A DNA stretch of 64,000 bases from Streptococcus sp. (lineage in GTDB: Bacteria; Bacillota; Bacilli; Lactobacillales; Streptococcaceae): assembly GCA_016939315.1 (NCBI GenBank), contig JAFHAZ010000052.1:100348-164347 (forward strand), read 5' to 3'. Below the pieces are notes generated by a model. That model ran no database searches. It was not told the origin of the DNA and saw only the letters and a program-made list of their open reading frames with translations. The position numbers were made by a program, and so were the translations under genes. Position 1 is the first letter of the stretch. Each line of letters starts with the position of its first letter. Positions 8,453 to 18,821 of this stretch are shown piece after piece.

Positions 8453-10984
8453 TTATGATAATCTCTTTACTTTGCGATTATCAACTCTATAAATGGCTAA
8501 CATATCTAGTATAAGCCATGTATCACGAGGATAAGCAACATATCGTGGTGACCAGATTGGATTAAACTTTTGTTTATATTGTCTAAGACCACTAAAAGAA
8601 TAGAAGCGATTGGTAAAGGCATAGATGAGATAAGCCACTTTTTCCTGTAAGAAACTATGTTTCTCAGTTCCTACATTTGACAATGGCGCCATACCTAAAT
8701 CAAAGAAGGTAACTCCTTCTTCTTTAAAATGAAGTAATAATTTTACAAAAAGATAATCCATGATACCATTGGGGGCTGTCTTTAAGTCGTAGCGCATCAG
8801 GTCAATGCTTGCTTCGTTAGGTCCATTGCTAGCTAAAAAGGTAACGAAAGCCTGAATGTTATCTTCCTCATCACTTACAAGAGCTATTGGAGTTAATTGA
8901 ATGTACTTTTCATCAAAATAGCCAAGTGAAAAACCTTTTTCTTGGCGACCATCTAGCCAACTATCAGATATTTCTTTTAGGGTATTAAGCATCTTTTTAT
9001 CAAAAGGCGGTTGTAATACTTGAAAGTGATATCCTTTATTTTCTAGCTTATTCACAACCGTTCTAAACTTCTTCCCGTGTTTTCCTTCAGTTGTAAATTC
9101 ATCGAGTGATACCTGAGCAGTCTCACCAAACTTCATAAAGTCGTATCCATATTCATGAAGTAAAAGGGTTGTTTCTTGATTAACTTCATAGAAAATAACA
9201 GAGATATTTGCATCCTCCGCTTCTGCTAAAAACTGTGATAAGCCCTTTTCTAAGTAGCCTAAGTGTGCTAGTGGATCTGACATAACAACACACTTGTTAT
9301 TTTCAATTGCAAACTGGAAAACAACTTTGTCTTGACCATCCTCCTGGTACCAATAAAGATATTTATCACCTAAAAAAGCTAAGGCAGCATCTAAATTTAA
9401 ATTTGGGATTGTTGCGATAAAGTCTTGATATCGTTGTTTATCGAAAACTTCTCCGAAGTTCTCTTTAATTTTATTACTTTCACGAAGAACCAAAACATAC
9501 AAAATAACCAATATCAGAGATAAACCAAGAAAATGAATCCAGTGTGTAACCAGATGAGAGAGATGTTTTAACTTAAACACATGATGTGGATTCAAATGTC
9601 CTAACAAAACAAGCGTCAAGAAGAAACTATCACCAATATACGATATATCTTTATAACAATCTTCCCAAGCATAAATATAATGTCTGCGAACAAATGTATC
9701 CTTATTCCACCATACGAGAAACAAGAGAACCATTAAGAAAAGACTACTTGGTAATGAAAAACTACCAATATTCAAATAAACAAGACTCACTAGCCCTAGG
9801 ACAGTAGCCAGTGTTAACGTAAATTTTAAACGTCGTTTAACTAATCTTGCTAAAAGGAAGAACAGAACACCAAGAACAATACTAGGAAGTTGAAAAACAA
9901 ACTGTCCAGTGCTAGGTGTAAGTTCTCTAAGCAAAGGAAGATGTCCTAATTCTTGAGGAACTATAGCTGAAACGATAAGAAAGAAACCAAAGAGTCGCAA
10001 CCCCAAAACCAATACTATAGCGGATAAGGCTTCAATGACCTTTTGAGGAATTCCTAAATATTTCTCATTAAGTCGTCCACCCATATTCTTTAAGAATAAA
10101 ACTACTCCTAAACAAAAAGGGAGAACATAATGGAATAACCGAAATACAAGTAACCAACTTAGTGCCTGAGCTTTATCAATCCCAAGACCAACTAAACCAG
10201 ATACCATAATTAAATCAAAACTACCTAGACTACCTGGAATCATTGACATAATCCCAATTGTAATAGCAATCATAAAGAGGGGAATTACATCATAACTTGG
10301 TAAATTATAGCCCAAAATATACCCAACCAAAAGGAAAAAGCTTAGTACACAAGCCCAATCAAGGGCAGAAGCTAATACTAAAGATAAAATTGTCTTTCCA
10401 CCCAGCTGGCCAAAATAGGCCCAATTTTTCCTATTTGAAACAAATAAAACAATTGGGAGATAGAGACTAGCTCCTAAAAGGACTGGCCAATACTGCTTAA
10501 TACCAATTGATAAAGGGAATAAACCTGTCAAAACCAAGCTTATCAGGGCAAACAGTGAAAATCCACTCATGAAATAAGGAATGACACGAGAAATGCCCTG
10601 CATACTTTTTTCAGGTCGTTCTTCATCTCCATAGAAAGAATATCGTAAACCAATATCTACCAAGCCGGCAAAGCCAATCATATTATTCAAGCTATTAATG
10701 GTCCAGCTAGTTTCTAGTAAGTAAGATAATTTTTGTTTCTGATTTAGCTCTTTATTTAAGATACTATCATAGAAGATCATTGGCGCAACAGCCATAAAAC
10801 CAAACAATGCTAAAAAGATGACATTTAGTGGAGACAGTTTCCCCAGTATTTCTACAATCTTATCAAACGAAATCGTCTTAAAAAGTCTAGTTATCTCTAC
10901 AATAACTAGACTAGCAATAGATAGAAATAAAACGAGTTTGATAAGTGTTTGCCATTTTTTAACCCAATTTAAAAACATTTGCAA
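8453..10984 (-). CDS. mprF: Bifunctional aminoacyl-lipid flippase/synthase (MprF family)
   Basis: 843 aa. Polytopic N-terminal part with MIPGSLGSFD and LLVFRLFHY. C-terminal synthase motifs EKGFSLGYF, IDLMRY, DLGMAPLSNVG, FYSFSGLRQYKQKFNPIWSPRY. Confidence 0.93.
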   Translation of the reverse strand: MQMFLNWVKKWQTLIKLVLFLSIASLVIVEITRLFKTISFDKIVEILGKLSPLNVIFLALFGFMAVAPMIFYDSILNKELNQKQKLSYLLETSWTINSLNNMIGFAGLVDIGLRYSFYGDEERPEKSMQGISRVIPYFMSGFSLFALISLVLTGLFPLSIGIKQYWPVLLGASLYLPIVLFVSNRKNWAYFGQLGGKTILSLVLASALDWACVLSFFLLVGYILGYNLPSYDVIPLFMIAITIGIMSMIPGSLGSFDLIMVSGLVGLGIDKAQALSWLLVFRLFHYVLPFCLGVVLFLKNMGGRLNEKYLGIPQKVIEALSAIVLVLGLRLFGFFLIVSAIVPQELGHLPLLRELTPSTGQFVFQLPSIVLGVLFFLLARLVKRRLKFTLTLATVLGLVSLVYLNIGSFSLPSSLFLMVLLFLVWWNKDTFVRRHYIYAWEDCYKDISYIGDSFFLTLVLLGHLNPHHVFKLKHLSHLVTHWIHFLGLSLILVILYVLVLRESNKIKENFGEVFDKQRYQDFIATIPNLNLDAALAFLGDKYLYWYQEDGQDKVVFQFAIENNKCVVMSDPLAHLGYLEKGLSQFLAEAEDANISVIFYEVNQETTLLLHEYGYDFMKFGETAQVSLDEFTTEGKHGKKFRTVVNKLENKGYHFQVLQPPFDKKMLNTLKEISDSWLDGRQEKGFSLGYFDEKYIQLTPIALVSDEEDNIQAFVTFLASNGPNEASIDLMRYDLKTAPNGIMDYLFVKLLLHFKEEGVTFFDLGMAPLSNVGTEKHSFLQEKVAYLIYAFTNRFYSFSGLRQYKQKFNPIWSPRYVAYPRDTWLILDMLAIYRVDNRKVKRLS

Positions 10985-10996
10985 ACTCTACTCCTT

Positions 10997-11944
10997 TTAT
11001 CCTAATAATGTCTGTAAAATTGGAACCACAATCACAAATAAGACTGTGCTGAGAGTGACCACATTCGTTGAAAACTCAACATCGCCTTTACCTTGATTGG
11101 CAAGGATAGGAAGAACTGCCAAGGCTGGTGTTGCTGATTGAATCATAAAGGTTCTAAATTCTGGTGCCACCATATTTGGAGAGAAGAACTTCAGAACCAA
11201 GAGCATGATGACCGGTGCAAGAATAAAACGACCAACCAGTGTGATAATGGTATCTTTATCAAAGCGAATGGTGTTCAAACCTGCCTTAGCTAGGACGATA
11301 CCGATATAGACAAGAGATAAGGGCGTTGTTAAACTACCAATATAAGTCAAGGTGCTTTCCGCAAAACTTGGAACAGGAAGACGGAGCACTAAAAAGGCGA
11401 GGGCTACGAGAAAACCTAATAAAGGAGCTGGGAAAAGCTTCTTCCAATTAAATTTTTGAGCCTGTTTTGAAGCCCCTTCTTTGCTATCAGACGTCATCAG
11501 ATAGACACCTAATGTCCAAGTAGATACTGTATTTGTAATATAATACACTAAGAAATAAGGAAGGGCTTGATTTCCAAACAGAGCGATATTTAAAGGCAAA
11601 CCAATAAATATGGTATTGGCATTGACAAAGGTATTAATCATGGTTCCTCGGCGTCCTGGGCGCACTCTAAAAACTTTCACCGCGATAAAGGCCGCTAGGT
11701 AACCAAGAATGAAGGCGATAAACGTATAGAGCAAACCGCCAGACAAGCTAATCAGCTTATCTAAAGTTAAATATTTAAGAACAGAGGTGAAAATTGCAAC
11801 GGGCATGGCCACATTCATAATCAGTTTAGATAAGTCATTTCCGAAACTCTCTTGGAACCAACCGCGGACTTGCAAGAAATAACCAAGAATGATGATGACG
11901 ATAATGGGTACAATACTCTGAATTGACGTTATAAAGATTTCCAT
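10997..11944 (-). CDS. mleP: Malate permease (AEC family)
   Basis: Hydrophobic AEC-type protein (NTIFIGLPLNIALFG) directly downstream of mleS. Start moved to ATG 11944 after the GAAAGGGAG RBS. Confidence 0.88.
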   Translation of the reverse strand: MEIFITSIQSIVPIIVIIILGYFLQVRGWFQESFGNDLSKLIMNVAMPVAIFTSVLKYLTLDKLISLSGGLLYTFIAFILGYLAAFIAVKVFRVRPGRRGTMINTFVNANTIFIGLPLNIALFGNQALPYFLVYYITNTVSTWTLGVYLMTSDSKEGASKQAQKFNWKKLFPAPLLGFLVALAFLVLRLPVPSFAESTLTYIGSLTTPLSLVYIGIVLAKAGLNTIRFDKDTIITLVGRFILAPVIMLLVLKFFSPNMVAPEFRTFMIQSATPALAVLPILANQGKGDVEFSTNVVTLSTVLFVIVVPILQTLLG

Positions 11945-11976
11945 AGTCTCCCTTTCTATATAATAAGACATACAGT

Positions 11977-12013
11977 AAAAGGCGTACGAGGCATCCAGTC
12001 GCACTCGTACACC
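11977..12013 (-). terminator. Hairpin plus short U tail between mleS and mleP
   Basis: Minus strand GGTGTACGAG...CTCGTACGCC followed by TTTT. Confidence 0.55.
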
Positions 12014-12027
12014 TCCATTAAATCTAC

Positions 12028-13653
12028 TTATTTATATTCTGGGTACCATTTCAAATCACGAACTGCTTTGGCCATATCTGTTTCCTTAGCACACGCAAGA
12101 CCTTGCTCTTGTGCTTTTTTAGCGACTGCTTCTGCTACTTTAATAGAAACATCTGCTACATATTTGAATGGTGGCAAGACAGGAGCTCCTGGTTGGCCTG
12201 GATTGACAATACCACTCAATGAATGAGCCGCTGCTCCAATCATTTCATCAGTCAAAAGACTTGCTTCAGAAGCCAGCATACCTAGACCAAGACCTGGATA
12301 AATCAGTGCGTTATTCGCTTGACCAATCACGTAGTCCACACCTTTATAGGAAACTGTACCAGCTGGAATTCCTGTTGCAACAAATGCTTTTCCGTCTGAC
12401 CATTCGATCAAATCTTTGGCACTTGCTTCAGCTAGTTTGGTTGGGTTTGACAATGGGAAAATGATAGGACGTTCAGTGTTTTCACACATAGCTTCTACAA
12501 TTTCTTTTGTGAAAGTATTTGGCTGAGTTGAAGTTCCCACAAGAATGGTTGGTTTAACCGTCTTCACTACTTCAAGAAGGTCCGTCAACTGATCTGCATT
12601 GGCAAAATCAGAACGTTTCTTAGCAAATGGTTTTTGTTGCGGCGTTAAGTCATCCATATCATCAAAAAGGAGACCTTGTTTGTCGACCATAAAGAAGCGT
12701 TTATAAGCTTCTTCTTCAGGCAGACCTTCACTAACCATTTCACGAAGGACACGAGAAGCAATCCCTGCACCAGCAGTCCCACCACCATAGCAGAGATAAA
12801 CTTGATCCGTTAATTTTTCACCTGTAATATCCAATGCCCCAAAGATCCCACCAAGGGTTACAATACCAGTTCCTTGGATATCATCGTTAAAGGTTGGGAT
12901 TTGTTTTCGATATTTTTCAAGGATGTTAGCAGCATTTAAGCGACCGAAATCTTCCCAGTGCAGATAGAGTTTAGGGAAAAGACGTTCTGCAGTTTGAACA
13001 AATTGGTCAATGAAATCATAATAACGATCACCACGCACACGTTCGTGGCGATTTCCCAAGTAATTAGGGTTGTTACGCAATTCTTCACGGTTGGTACCTG
13101 CATCAATGACCAAAGGAAGCACCATTGAAGGATCGATTCCTGCAGCTCCAGTATAGACCATCAGTTTCCCAACAGAAATATCGACACCATTTGTTCCCCA
13201 GTCACCAATACCGAGAATACCTTCTGCATCTGTCACAACAATAAGACGAATTTCACGGTCCCCTGCTGCATTTTTCAAAGTTGCTTCGATATTTTCAGGA
13301 TGATTGATATCAAGATATGCGGCATATTGTGGATCTACAAAGAGATCGCTATACCCTTCAATGGTATCAGCAATGGTTGGGTCATAGACAATGGGATTAA
13401 ACTCTTCCAAATGTTGAGCAAATAGGTAGTAAAAAAGAGTACGATTTGTATTAAAAATTTCCATTAGGAACAAACGTTTTTCCAAATCGTTGACCTTCGT
13501 TTGCATTTGCGCATAAGTTTGCGCTGCTTGTTCTTCAATGGTTTGAACGTAAGGTGGCAAGAGTCCAACCAAACCTAACTCCTGACGTTCTTCCAAAGTA
13601 AAGGCAGTTCCTTTGTTAAGGAAAGGGTTGTTTAAAATATCATGTGCAGTCAT
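12028..13653 (-). CDS. mleS: Malolactic enzyme
   Basis: 541 aa with [37 protein letters not shown] and GGGTAGAG motifs; AGGAGG RBS; adjacent permease and LysR gene. Confidence 0.95.
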   Translation of the reverse strand: MTAHDILNNPFLNKGTAFTLEERQELGLVGLLPPYVQTIEEQAAQTYAQMQTKVNDLEKRLFLMEIFNTNRTLFYYLFAQHLEEFNPIVYDPTIADTIEGYSDLFVDPQYAAYLDINHPENIEATLKNAAGDREIRLIVVTDAEGILGIGDWGTNGVDISVGKLMVYTGAAGIDPSMVLPLVIDAGTNREELRNNPNYLGNRHERVRGDRYYDFIDQFVQTAERLFPKLYLHWEDFGRLNAANILEKYRKQIPTFNDDIQGTGIVTLGGIFGALDITGEKLTDQVYLCYGGGTAGAGIASRVLREMVSEGLPEEEAYKRFFMVDKQGLLFDDMDDLTPQQKPFAKKRSDFANADQLTDLLEVVKTVKPTILVGTSTQPNTFTKEIVEAMCENTERPIIFPLSNPTKLAEASAKDLIEWSDGKAFVATGIPAGTVSYKGVDYVIGQANNALIYPGLGLGMLASEASLLTDEMIGAAAHSLSGIVNPGQPGAPVLPPFKYVADVSIKVAEAVAKKAQEQGLACAKETDMAKAVRDLKWYPEYK

Positions 13654-13827
13654 AATGCGACCTCCTTTTTCTATATTATACTACCATTTATGTACGATTA
13701 AAAGAACAGTGTATCATTTAATGTCCATTAATTTCTTTTATGCTATAATGGACAATAATAATCTTATATCGTACTTCGTATTGTTTAAAAAGTTATTTTT
13801 GTCATTTAAAACTTGTATTCTGTTTAT

Positions 13828-14178
13828 ATGACGACTAAAAATTATTTACAAAAATATATTTCACAAAAGGTGAAATATTTTCGCACACAAAATAAAATGA
13901 GCCAAGAGGAACTTTCGGAACAGGCAGGACTCGGACTCAAGTATATCAATCAACTAGAAAACCAAAATGTGAATCTGACCATTCACAGTCTAGAAAAAGT
14001 GATTGTTGCCTTAAACTTGACGCCAGAGGAATTTTTCAATTTTAACAGCCTCGAGGCCACCACTGACAAAACCGATAACCTCTCACTGAAAAGAGTTAAC
14101 ATGAAGCTAAAACAACTTCCTGCTACAAAGAGGGAGAAACTCTTAGCCATCTTTGAAGATATTTTAGATAGCCTGTAG
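13828..14178 (+). CDS. XRE-family transcriptional regulator
   Basis: MSQEELSEQAGLGLKYINQLEN...LTIHSLEKV HTH. ATG at 13828 has no clear RBS, so the start is uncertain. Confidence 0.85.
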   Translation: MTTKNYLQKYISQKVKYFRTQNKMSQEELSEQAGLGLKYINQLENQNVNLTIHSLEKVIVALNLTPEEFFNFNSLEATTDKTDNLSLKRVNMKLKQLPATKREKLLAIFEDILDSL

Positions 14179-14318
14179 TTGCCTCCTGACTCATCATCGT
14201 ATTTTAACTTATTAAAAAACTTATAGTCAAATACGTTACCACGGATAAAATTTACTTATCACTTCAGCTGACTTTGACTATATAAATCCTTTTAACATGC
14301 TTTTGAAAGTGAGATTTT

Positions 14319-15194
14319 ATGAACCTTAAAGACTTATACTACTTTTATGACCTAAGTAACTTACAATCTTTCACTGATGTAGCTCGAAAACATGAGGTGA
14401 GTCAACCATCCATTTCTTATGCGATTAAACGATTAGAAAAAGAGTTTCATTGTCAACTAATTATGCATGACCCTTCTCACAGAACCTTTAAATTAACACC
14501 ACAAGGTGATATTTTATTGCGACATATAAAAAAAGTGCTTCCAGAACTTCAAGGTGCCAAAAAGGAAATACTACGAAGCATTTCTTCCTATGATACAATC
14601 GGATTCCCACCTCTTATTATTGACTATATTGTTCGTAAAGAACCTGCTTTTATTGAAAATGTCTCAGCACTTCGAAATATTCATCCTATACAAGAGGGCT
14701 CTATTGAACTTTTAGATCTCTTATCTAGGGGAGAACTAGATGCCAGTTTTATTGGAAGCTTAGAACCTATTATTGATAAACGATTTTCAGTTAAAAACCT
14801 TATGACAAGTGATCTTTATTATATTCTGCCATCAGGATACCCATTAGCAGATAAAGAAGCTATCGCTTTTTCTGACGTTATAAATGAAGATTTTATTATT
14901 TTAGACGAACATTTTGTTCATCTAAAAGCATTTCAACATCTGAATGATCAGCATCATCATGCCGCAACACCATTCTTTCAAACTGATGATGTTAATTTGC
15001 TTAAACAACTCCTTCGTAAAAAAGTTGGTATCAGCCTTCTTTCTGAGATTGCTATAACAAAGGAAGACAAAGATTTAATTGCTATTCCAATGGTTAAGAA
15101 TGAACGTTTGACCCTTTATGTTTCTCTTATCACCCTCAAGGAAAATAATCTTCATCCTAAAGTTCTCAACTTCTTAAAAGAACTATTTAGCTAA
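14319..15194 (+). CDS. mleR: LysR-family regulator, probably the malolactic activator
   Basis: N-terminal SFTDVARKHEVSQPSISYAIKRLE LysR HTH; 291 aa; next to mleS/mleP. Confidence 0.85.
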   Translation: MNLKDLYYFYDLSNLQSFTDVARKHEVSQPSISYAIKRLEKEFHCQLIMHDPSHRTFKLTPQGDILLRHIKKVLPELQGAKKEILRSISSYDTIGFPPLIIDYIVRKEPAFIENVSALRNIHPIQEGSIELLDLLSRGELDASFIGSLEPIIDKRFSVKNLMTSDLYYILPSGYPLADKEAIAFSDVINEDFIILDEHFVHLKAFQHLNDQHHHAATPFFQTDDVNLLKQLLRKKVGISLLSEIAITKEDKDLIAIPMVKNERLTLYVSLITLKENNLHPKVLNFLKELFS

Positions 15195-15237
15195 AAGAGA
15201 TAGTATTATGTTAATTTAGATATTATCTAACCATAAA

Positions 15238-15276
15238 AAACAACTCCCCTCGTACTTTAACGAAGGGAGTTGTTTA
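15238..15276. terminator. Bidirectional terminator between mleR and the CAAX gene
   Basis: AAACAACTCCC...GGGAGTTGTTT stem between convergent genes. Confidence 0.75.
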
Positions 15277-15277
15277 A

Positions 15278-16036
15278 CTAATAATTCCAGTTTACCAAGA
15301 GATAAATTAAGCTCGAGCCAAACATATCTGCCAAGGCATGAACGAGGAAAAATGGAAGCAAGTTTTTAACCTTGTACTTATAAAGGAAATAATAGAGGAG
15401 ACCAAAGGCCACACCGATAACCAGAGCCCATAGAATGCCTTGATAGGTATGGAAGGACACACGAATAATGGTTGAAAAGAGCAAGACCAACCACTTATAC
15501 TTGTCCTTAACCGAGGTCAAGAGTCCTAGGAAGAAAAATTCCTCGTAGAAACCGTTAAGCAATCCATAGGCAATTGCCATAGGCGATAGAGCTACAAACT
15601 TATCAATCACAGCCATAGGGCTAATAAAGGCTAGAACCTGAGGACTAAAATAATTATATTGTCCTGACAAAGTACTTACCATATCAGCAAATAAGCCCAT
15701 GATAGCGAAAATAAAAGGTACCCAAAAGAGAACAGACCACTTTAGACGGATTGGCAGTTGTTTAAAGTCAAAATGGCGTATCCAGAGATAAATAATCGCT
15801 AAGGCTAGGAGGATAATCTGCAAGGTAAAATTGCTAGAGTAAGCTGCTCCTTCACTGGCTGTATTCGTTGATGTCTCACTGATTGCGGTAGAAAGGCTTG
15901 GAGACAAACTGGCCAAATACATCTGTGTCGAACGAACAATAAACTGACCAAACATAATCAGCGTAACAATAGCGATATCAAACCATCTCAGTTCCTTGAG
16001 CGGCTGCTCAGGATGAATTTTCTTAAGTAAAAACAT
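15278..16036 (-). CDS. CPBP/CAAX (Abi-type) intramembrane metalloprotease
   Basis: EEFFF..., SFHTYQG and HALAD motifs in a multi-TM protein. Confidence 0.85.
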   Translation of the reverse strand: MFLLKKIHPEQPLKELRWFDIAIVTLIMFGQFIVRSTQMYLASLSPSLSTAISETSTNTASEGAAYSSNFTLQIILLALAIIYLWIRHFDFKQLPIRLKWSVLFWVPFIFAIMGLFADMVSTLSGQYNYFSPQVLAFISPMAVIDKFVALSPMAIAYGLLNGFYEEFFFLGLLTSVKDKYKWLVLLFSTIIRVSFHTYQGILWALVIGVAFGLLYYFLYKYKVKNLLPFFLVHALADMFGSSLIYLLVNWNY

Positions 16037-16202
16037 GGTCCTTCCCTTCTTTCTAGTATCTTCATTGAAGACTGGTTAATTCTTTATGGTTATTATAAGT
16101 CATAAACCTTAAAGTAACACTAAAATTTGCAGTAAGATTAGTATTTCATTTAAGGAAAGAAAAAGCAAGGGAAAGCATGTTTCCTTTGCTTCAAACTTGT
16201 TA

Positions 16203-17588
16203 TTAATCATTCTTTTTAACAACACTAAATAAGACAAGGAGTTGGAAAATAGCCAAAACAAATAGGACCACAAAGCCATTTCGACTACCTTGAGCCGTTG
16301 CTCGTGCAAAGTCAATCTTGTGGTTAGCTTGACTCATAGCAACAATTAGAGATGCTAGTGTTGTTCCCACTGCTCCTGCAAATTGTTGGAGCGTGTTAAA
16401 GATAGCATTAGCATCGGCTCGTTGATCAAGCGACAGTTGTTTCTGTCCATTAGTCATGACATTACCAAAGGCAACCCCAAGTCCCGTCATGAAAATCATG
16501 TAAAAGGCGAGAATCAAAGTATTTGAAAGGGAGAGACCAAACAAGCTAAATAGCAACTGAGCAAGAACAATAAGGCTTGCTCCAATCAGAATTGGTTTAC
16601 GAGCTCCCATCTTATCTAAAATGATACCTGAAAACGGAGCAAATCCTGCACCAATGATAGCTCCTGGGAGGAGCATCAAGGCTGCAAGAGTGGTATTAGA
16701 GTGGTTAACCAACTGCACATAGTTTGGCAAGAGGAAACTCATCGCAAGGGAACCCAATTGGAAAGAAAAGAAAGCGATGATATGACCTGTCAATTTACGA
16801 TTTTTCAAAATAGAGAGGTTGATGATGGGATTTTCTAATGTTGTAGAACGCCAAATCAAAATGACAAGACCTAAGATCCCAATCAAAAGCCAACCTAAGA
16901 CTGAGAAGCTGAAGAAGGCATGTTCAGCAACCCCATGAAGACCTAAAATCAGGCCCAAGAAAAGAAAGATGATAGCCAGTAGACTGAGGATATCTAAAGA
17001 TTCACGTTTAACCTCACTCTTTTGCTCAATCGAGCGAAGCCCTACAATCAGTGAAGCTAAGAGAATAGGAAACTGAATGAGGAAGATAGAACGCCAACCA
17101 AAATGCGCTGTCAAAAGTCCACCAACAGTTGGTCCAATCGCCGGTGCAACTGCTGTAATCAGTGTCCCAACTCCCATCATGAGACCAATCTTACGACTTG
17201 GCACCTGCTCCAAAATGATGTTAAACATGAGAGGTAGGGCAAAACCAACACCCATCCCTTGAACCAATCGTCCCAAAACAACAAAGCTAAAACTAGGAGC
17301 TATAAAGTCGATGAGAACACCTAAGATAGACAAAAGGTTTGCGGCAAGAAAGATAGTTTTCATCTTAAATGAACGCTTGAGATAGGCAGATAAGGGCACC
17401 ACGCAAGCAACGACTAATAGGTAGATGGTTGTAACCCACTGTACCGTTGACGTATTGACCGAAAATGTCTTCATCAATACAGGAAAGGTGATGTTCATAG
17501 CTGTTTCACCAGCCACTCCACAAAAAGAAAGGATTCCTGTCGCAAAGATGGCACACAGGATCTTGGTGGAGATTTTTTCGTCTGACAT
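16203..17588 (-). CDS. MFS efflux transporter (DHA2/LmrB-like)
   Basis: 461-aa very hydrophobic protein with LGRLVQGMG and APAIGPTVGGLL motifs; GGAGG RBS. Confidence 0.88.
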   Translation of the reverse strand: MSDEKISTKILCAIFATGILSFCGVAGETAMNITFPVLMKTFSVNTSTVQWVTTIYLLVVACVVPLSAYLKRSFKMKTIFLAANLLSILGVLIDFIAPSFSFVVLGRLVQGMGVGFALPLMFNIILEQVPSRKIGLMMGVGTLITAVAPAIGPTVGGLLTAHFGWRSIFLIQFPILLASLIVGLRSIEQKSEVKRESLDILSLLAIIFLFLGLILGLHGVAEHAFFSFSVLGWLLIGILGLVILIWRSTTLENPIINLSILKNRKLTGHIIAFFSFQLGSLAMSFLLPNYVQLVNHSNTTLAALMLLPGAIIGAGFAPFSGIILDKMGARKPILIGASLIVLAQLLFSLFGLSLSNTLILAFYMIFMTGLGVAFGNVMTNGQKQLSLDQRADANAIFNTLQQFAGAVGTTLASLIVAMSQANHKIDFARATAQGSRNGFVVLFVLAIFQLLVLFSVVKKND

Positions 17589-17613
17589 GAGTATTTATTC
17601 CTCCTAGATAAAC

Positions 17614-18024
17614 TTAAAGATTACGATAGTGTTGTAATATTTTGAGAAAGATTTCTCTCTCTTCAGCTGAAAATTGCTGGGCAAACTCTTCCTCTTCTTT
17701 ACGAAGATAGGATTGACAGGCAGACGCGATTTTTACCGCGTTATCCGTTAAAACAACCGCTTTTTGCCTAGCGTCTTTCGATGAGGTATGTCGTTCGATA
17801 AGGCCTTTTTTCTCCATCCGCTGTAAGAGAACTGTCGTTGTCGAACGCTGAATCTCAAATTCGTGCTCAATGTCACGTTGAAATACCTCATGATTAGCAT
17901 GATTGGTTATAAAATCGATAATGGCCATCTGATTTCCAGTCAAATCATACTGCCTAGCAAACTGATCAAAGTGGCGCATCATATTGTTATTGGCTTGCTT
18001 CAACAAGCGTCCAAAATGGTCCAA
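17614..18024 (-). CDS. MarR-family regulator
   Basis: QRDIEHEFEIQRSTTTVLLQRMEKKGLIER...DARQK. TTG start 7 nt after AAGGAG. Confidence 0.9.
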   Translation of the reverse strand: MDHFGRLLKQANNNMMRHFDQFARQYDLTGNQMAIIDFITNHANHEVFQRDIEHEFEIQRSTTTVLLQRMEKKGLIERHTSSKDARQKAVVLTDNAVKIASACQSYLRKEEEEFAQQFSAEEREIFLKILQHYRNL

Positions 18025-18043
18025 AACATGACTCCTTAACTAC

Positions 18044-18096
18044 ATTGTTAGCTAACTAGCAATTAACAGTATAGTAGAATTATTAACTCAAGTCAA
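18044..18096 (-). promoter_or_regulatory. Promoter and likely MarR operator of the marR-MFS operon
   Basis: TTGACT-17 bp-TATACT (18096-18068), followed by the imperfect palindrome ATTGTTAGCTAACTAGCAAT (18044-18063). Confidence 0.65.
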
Positions 18097-18152
18097 TAGA
18101 TTCTTTCAAAAAATAGAAAAACTCAAGAACTTAAATCCTTGAGTTGCTTCAT

Positions 18153-18716
18153 TTAGTCTTTCTTTACAGGAATTTCCTTAATAACACGCGCAGGGTTTCC
18201 ACCTAGCACCACATTGTCACCGAAGGACTTAGTCACAACAGCGCCTGCCCCAGCTACTACATTATCCCCTAGGGTAACGCCAGGAAGGATGGTCACGCCT
18301 CCACCAGCCCAGAAATTATCACCAATCGTAATAGGTGCTCCGTACTCAAGGCCTGAATTACGCTCGGTTGGATCAAGCGGATGTAAGGGCGTCAAAAACT
18401 GACAATTAGGGCCAATCATGGCATTGTCACCAATCCTGATAGGACAGACGTCTAGCATAGTCAAGTTCCAGTTAGAATAAAAATTTTCACCGATATGAAT
18501 ATTAACACCGTAATCCGTAACGAACTGAGGATTCATGGCAAGATTTTCACCAGTCGAACCAAACCAAGATTTGACAATTTCAGCTCTCTTGAGACGGTCA
18601 GGTTCCCCATTAAAGGCCCATTGTTTTTCTCTCGATTTAGCTGCTAGGGCACGTAACTCAGGGTCGCTAGGTTTATAAAACTCACCCGAAATCATTTTTT
18701 CATATTCTGTCGGCAT
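18153..18716 (-). CDS. maa: Sugar (maltose/galactoside) O-acetyltransferase
   Basis: Hexapeptide repeats (DYGVNIHIGENFYSN, ITIGDNFWAGGGVTILPGVTLG, GNPARVIK). Start moved to ATG 18716 after AAGGAG. Confidence 0.88.
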   Translation of the reverse strand: MPTEYEKMISGEFYKPSDPELRALAAKSREKQWAFNGEPDRLKRAEIVKSWFGSTGENLAMNPQFVTDYGVNIHIGENFYSNWNLTMLDVCPIRIGDNAMIGPNCQFLTPLHPLDPTERNSGLEYGAPITIGDNFWAGGGVTILPGVTLGDNVVAGAGAVVTKSFGDNVVLGGNPARVIKEIPVKKD

Positions 18717-18821
18717 GGCATACTCCTTTTGTGGTTGTTTTCCTATATTGTAGTATAGAAGTGATGTTACCACAAGTGAACAGATATAAACTAGCTAAAT
18801 ATCTCAACTTAAAAAATATTA

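Noticed and set aside
14222..14282. 10-bp inverted repeat TATAGTCAAA...TTTGACTATA upstream of mleR
   Set aside because: 41-bp spacer, no T tail and no recombinase nearby; function unsupported.
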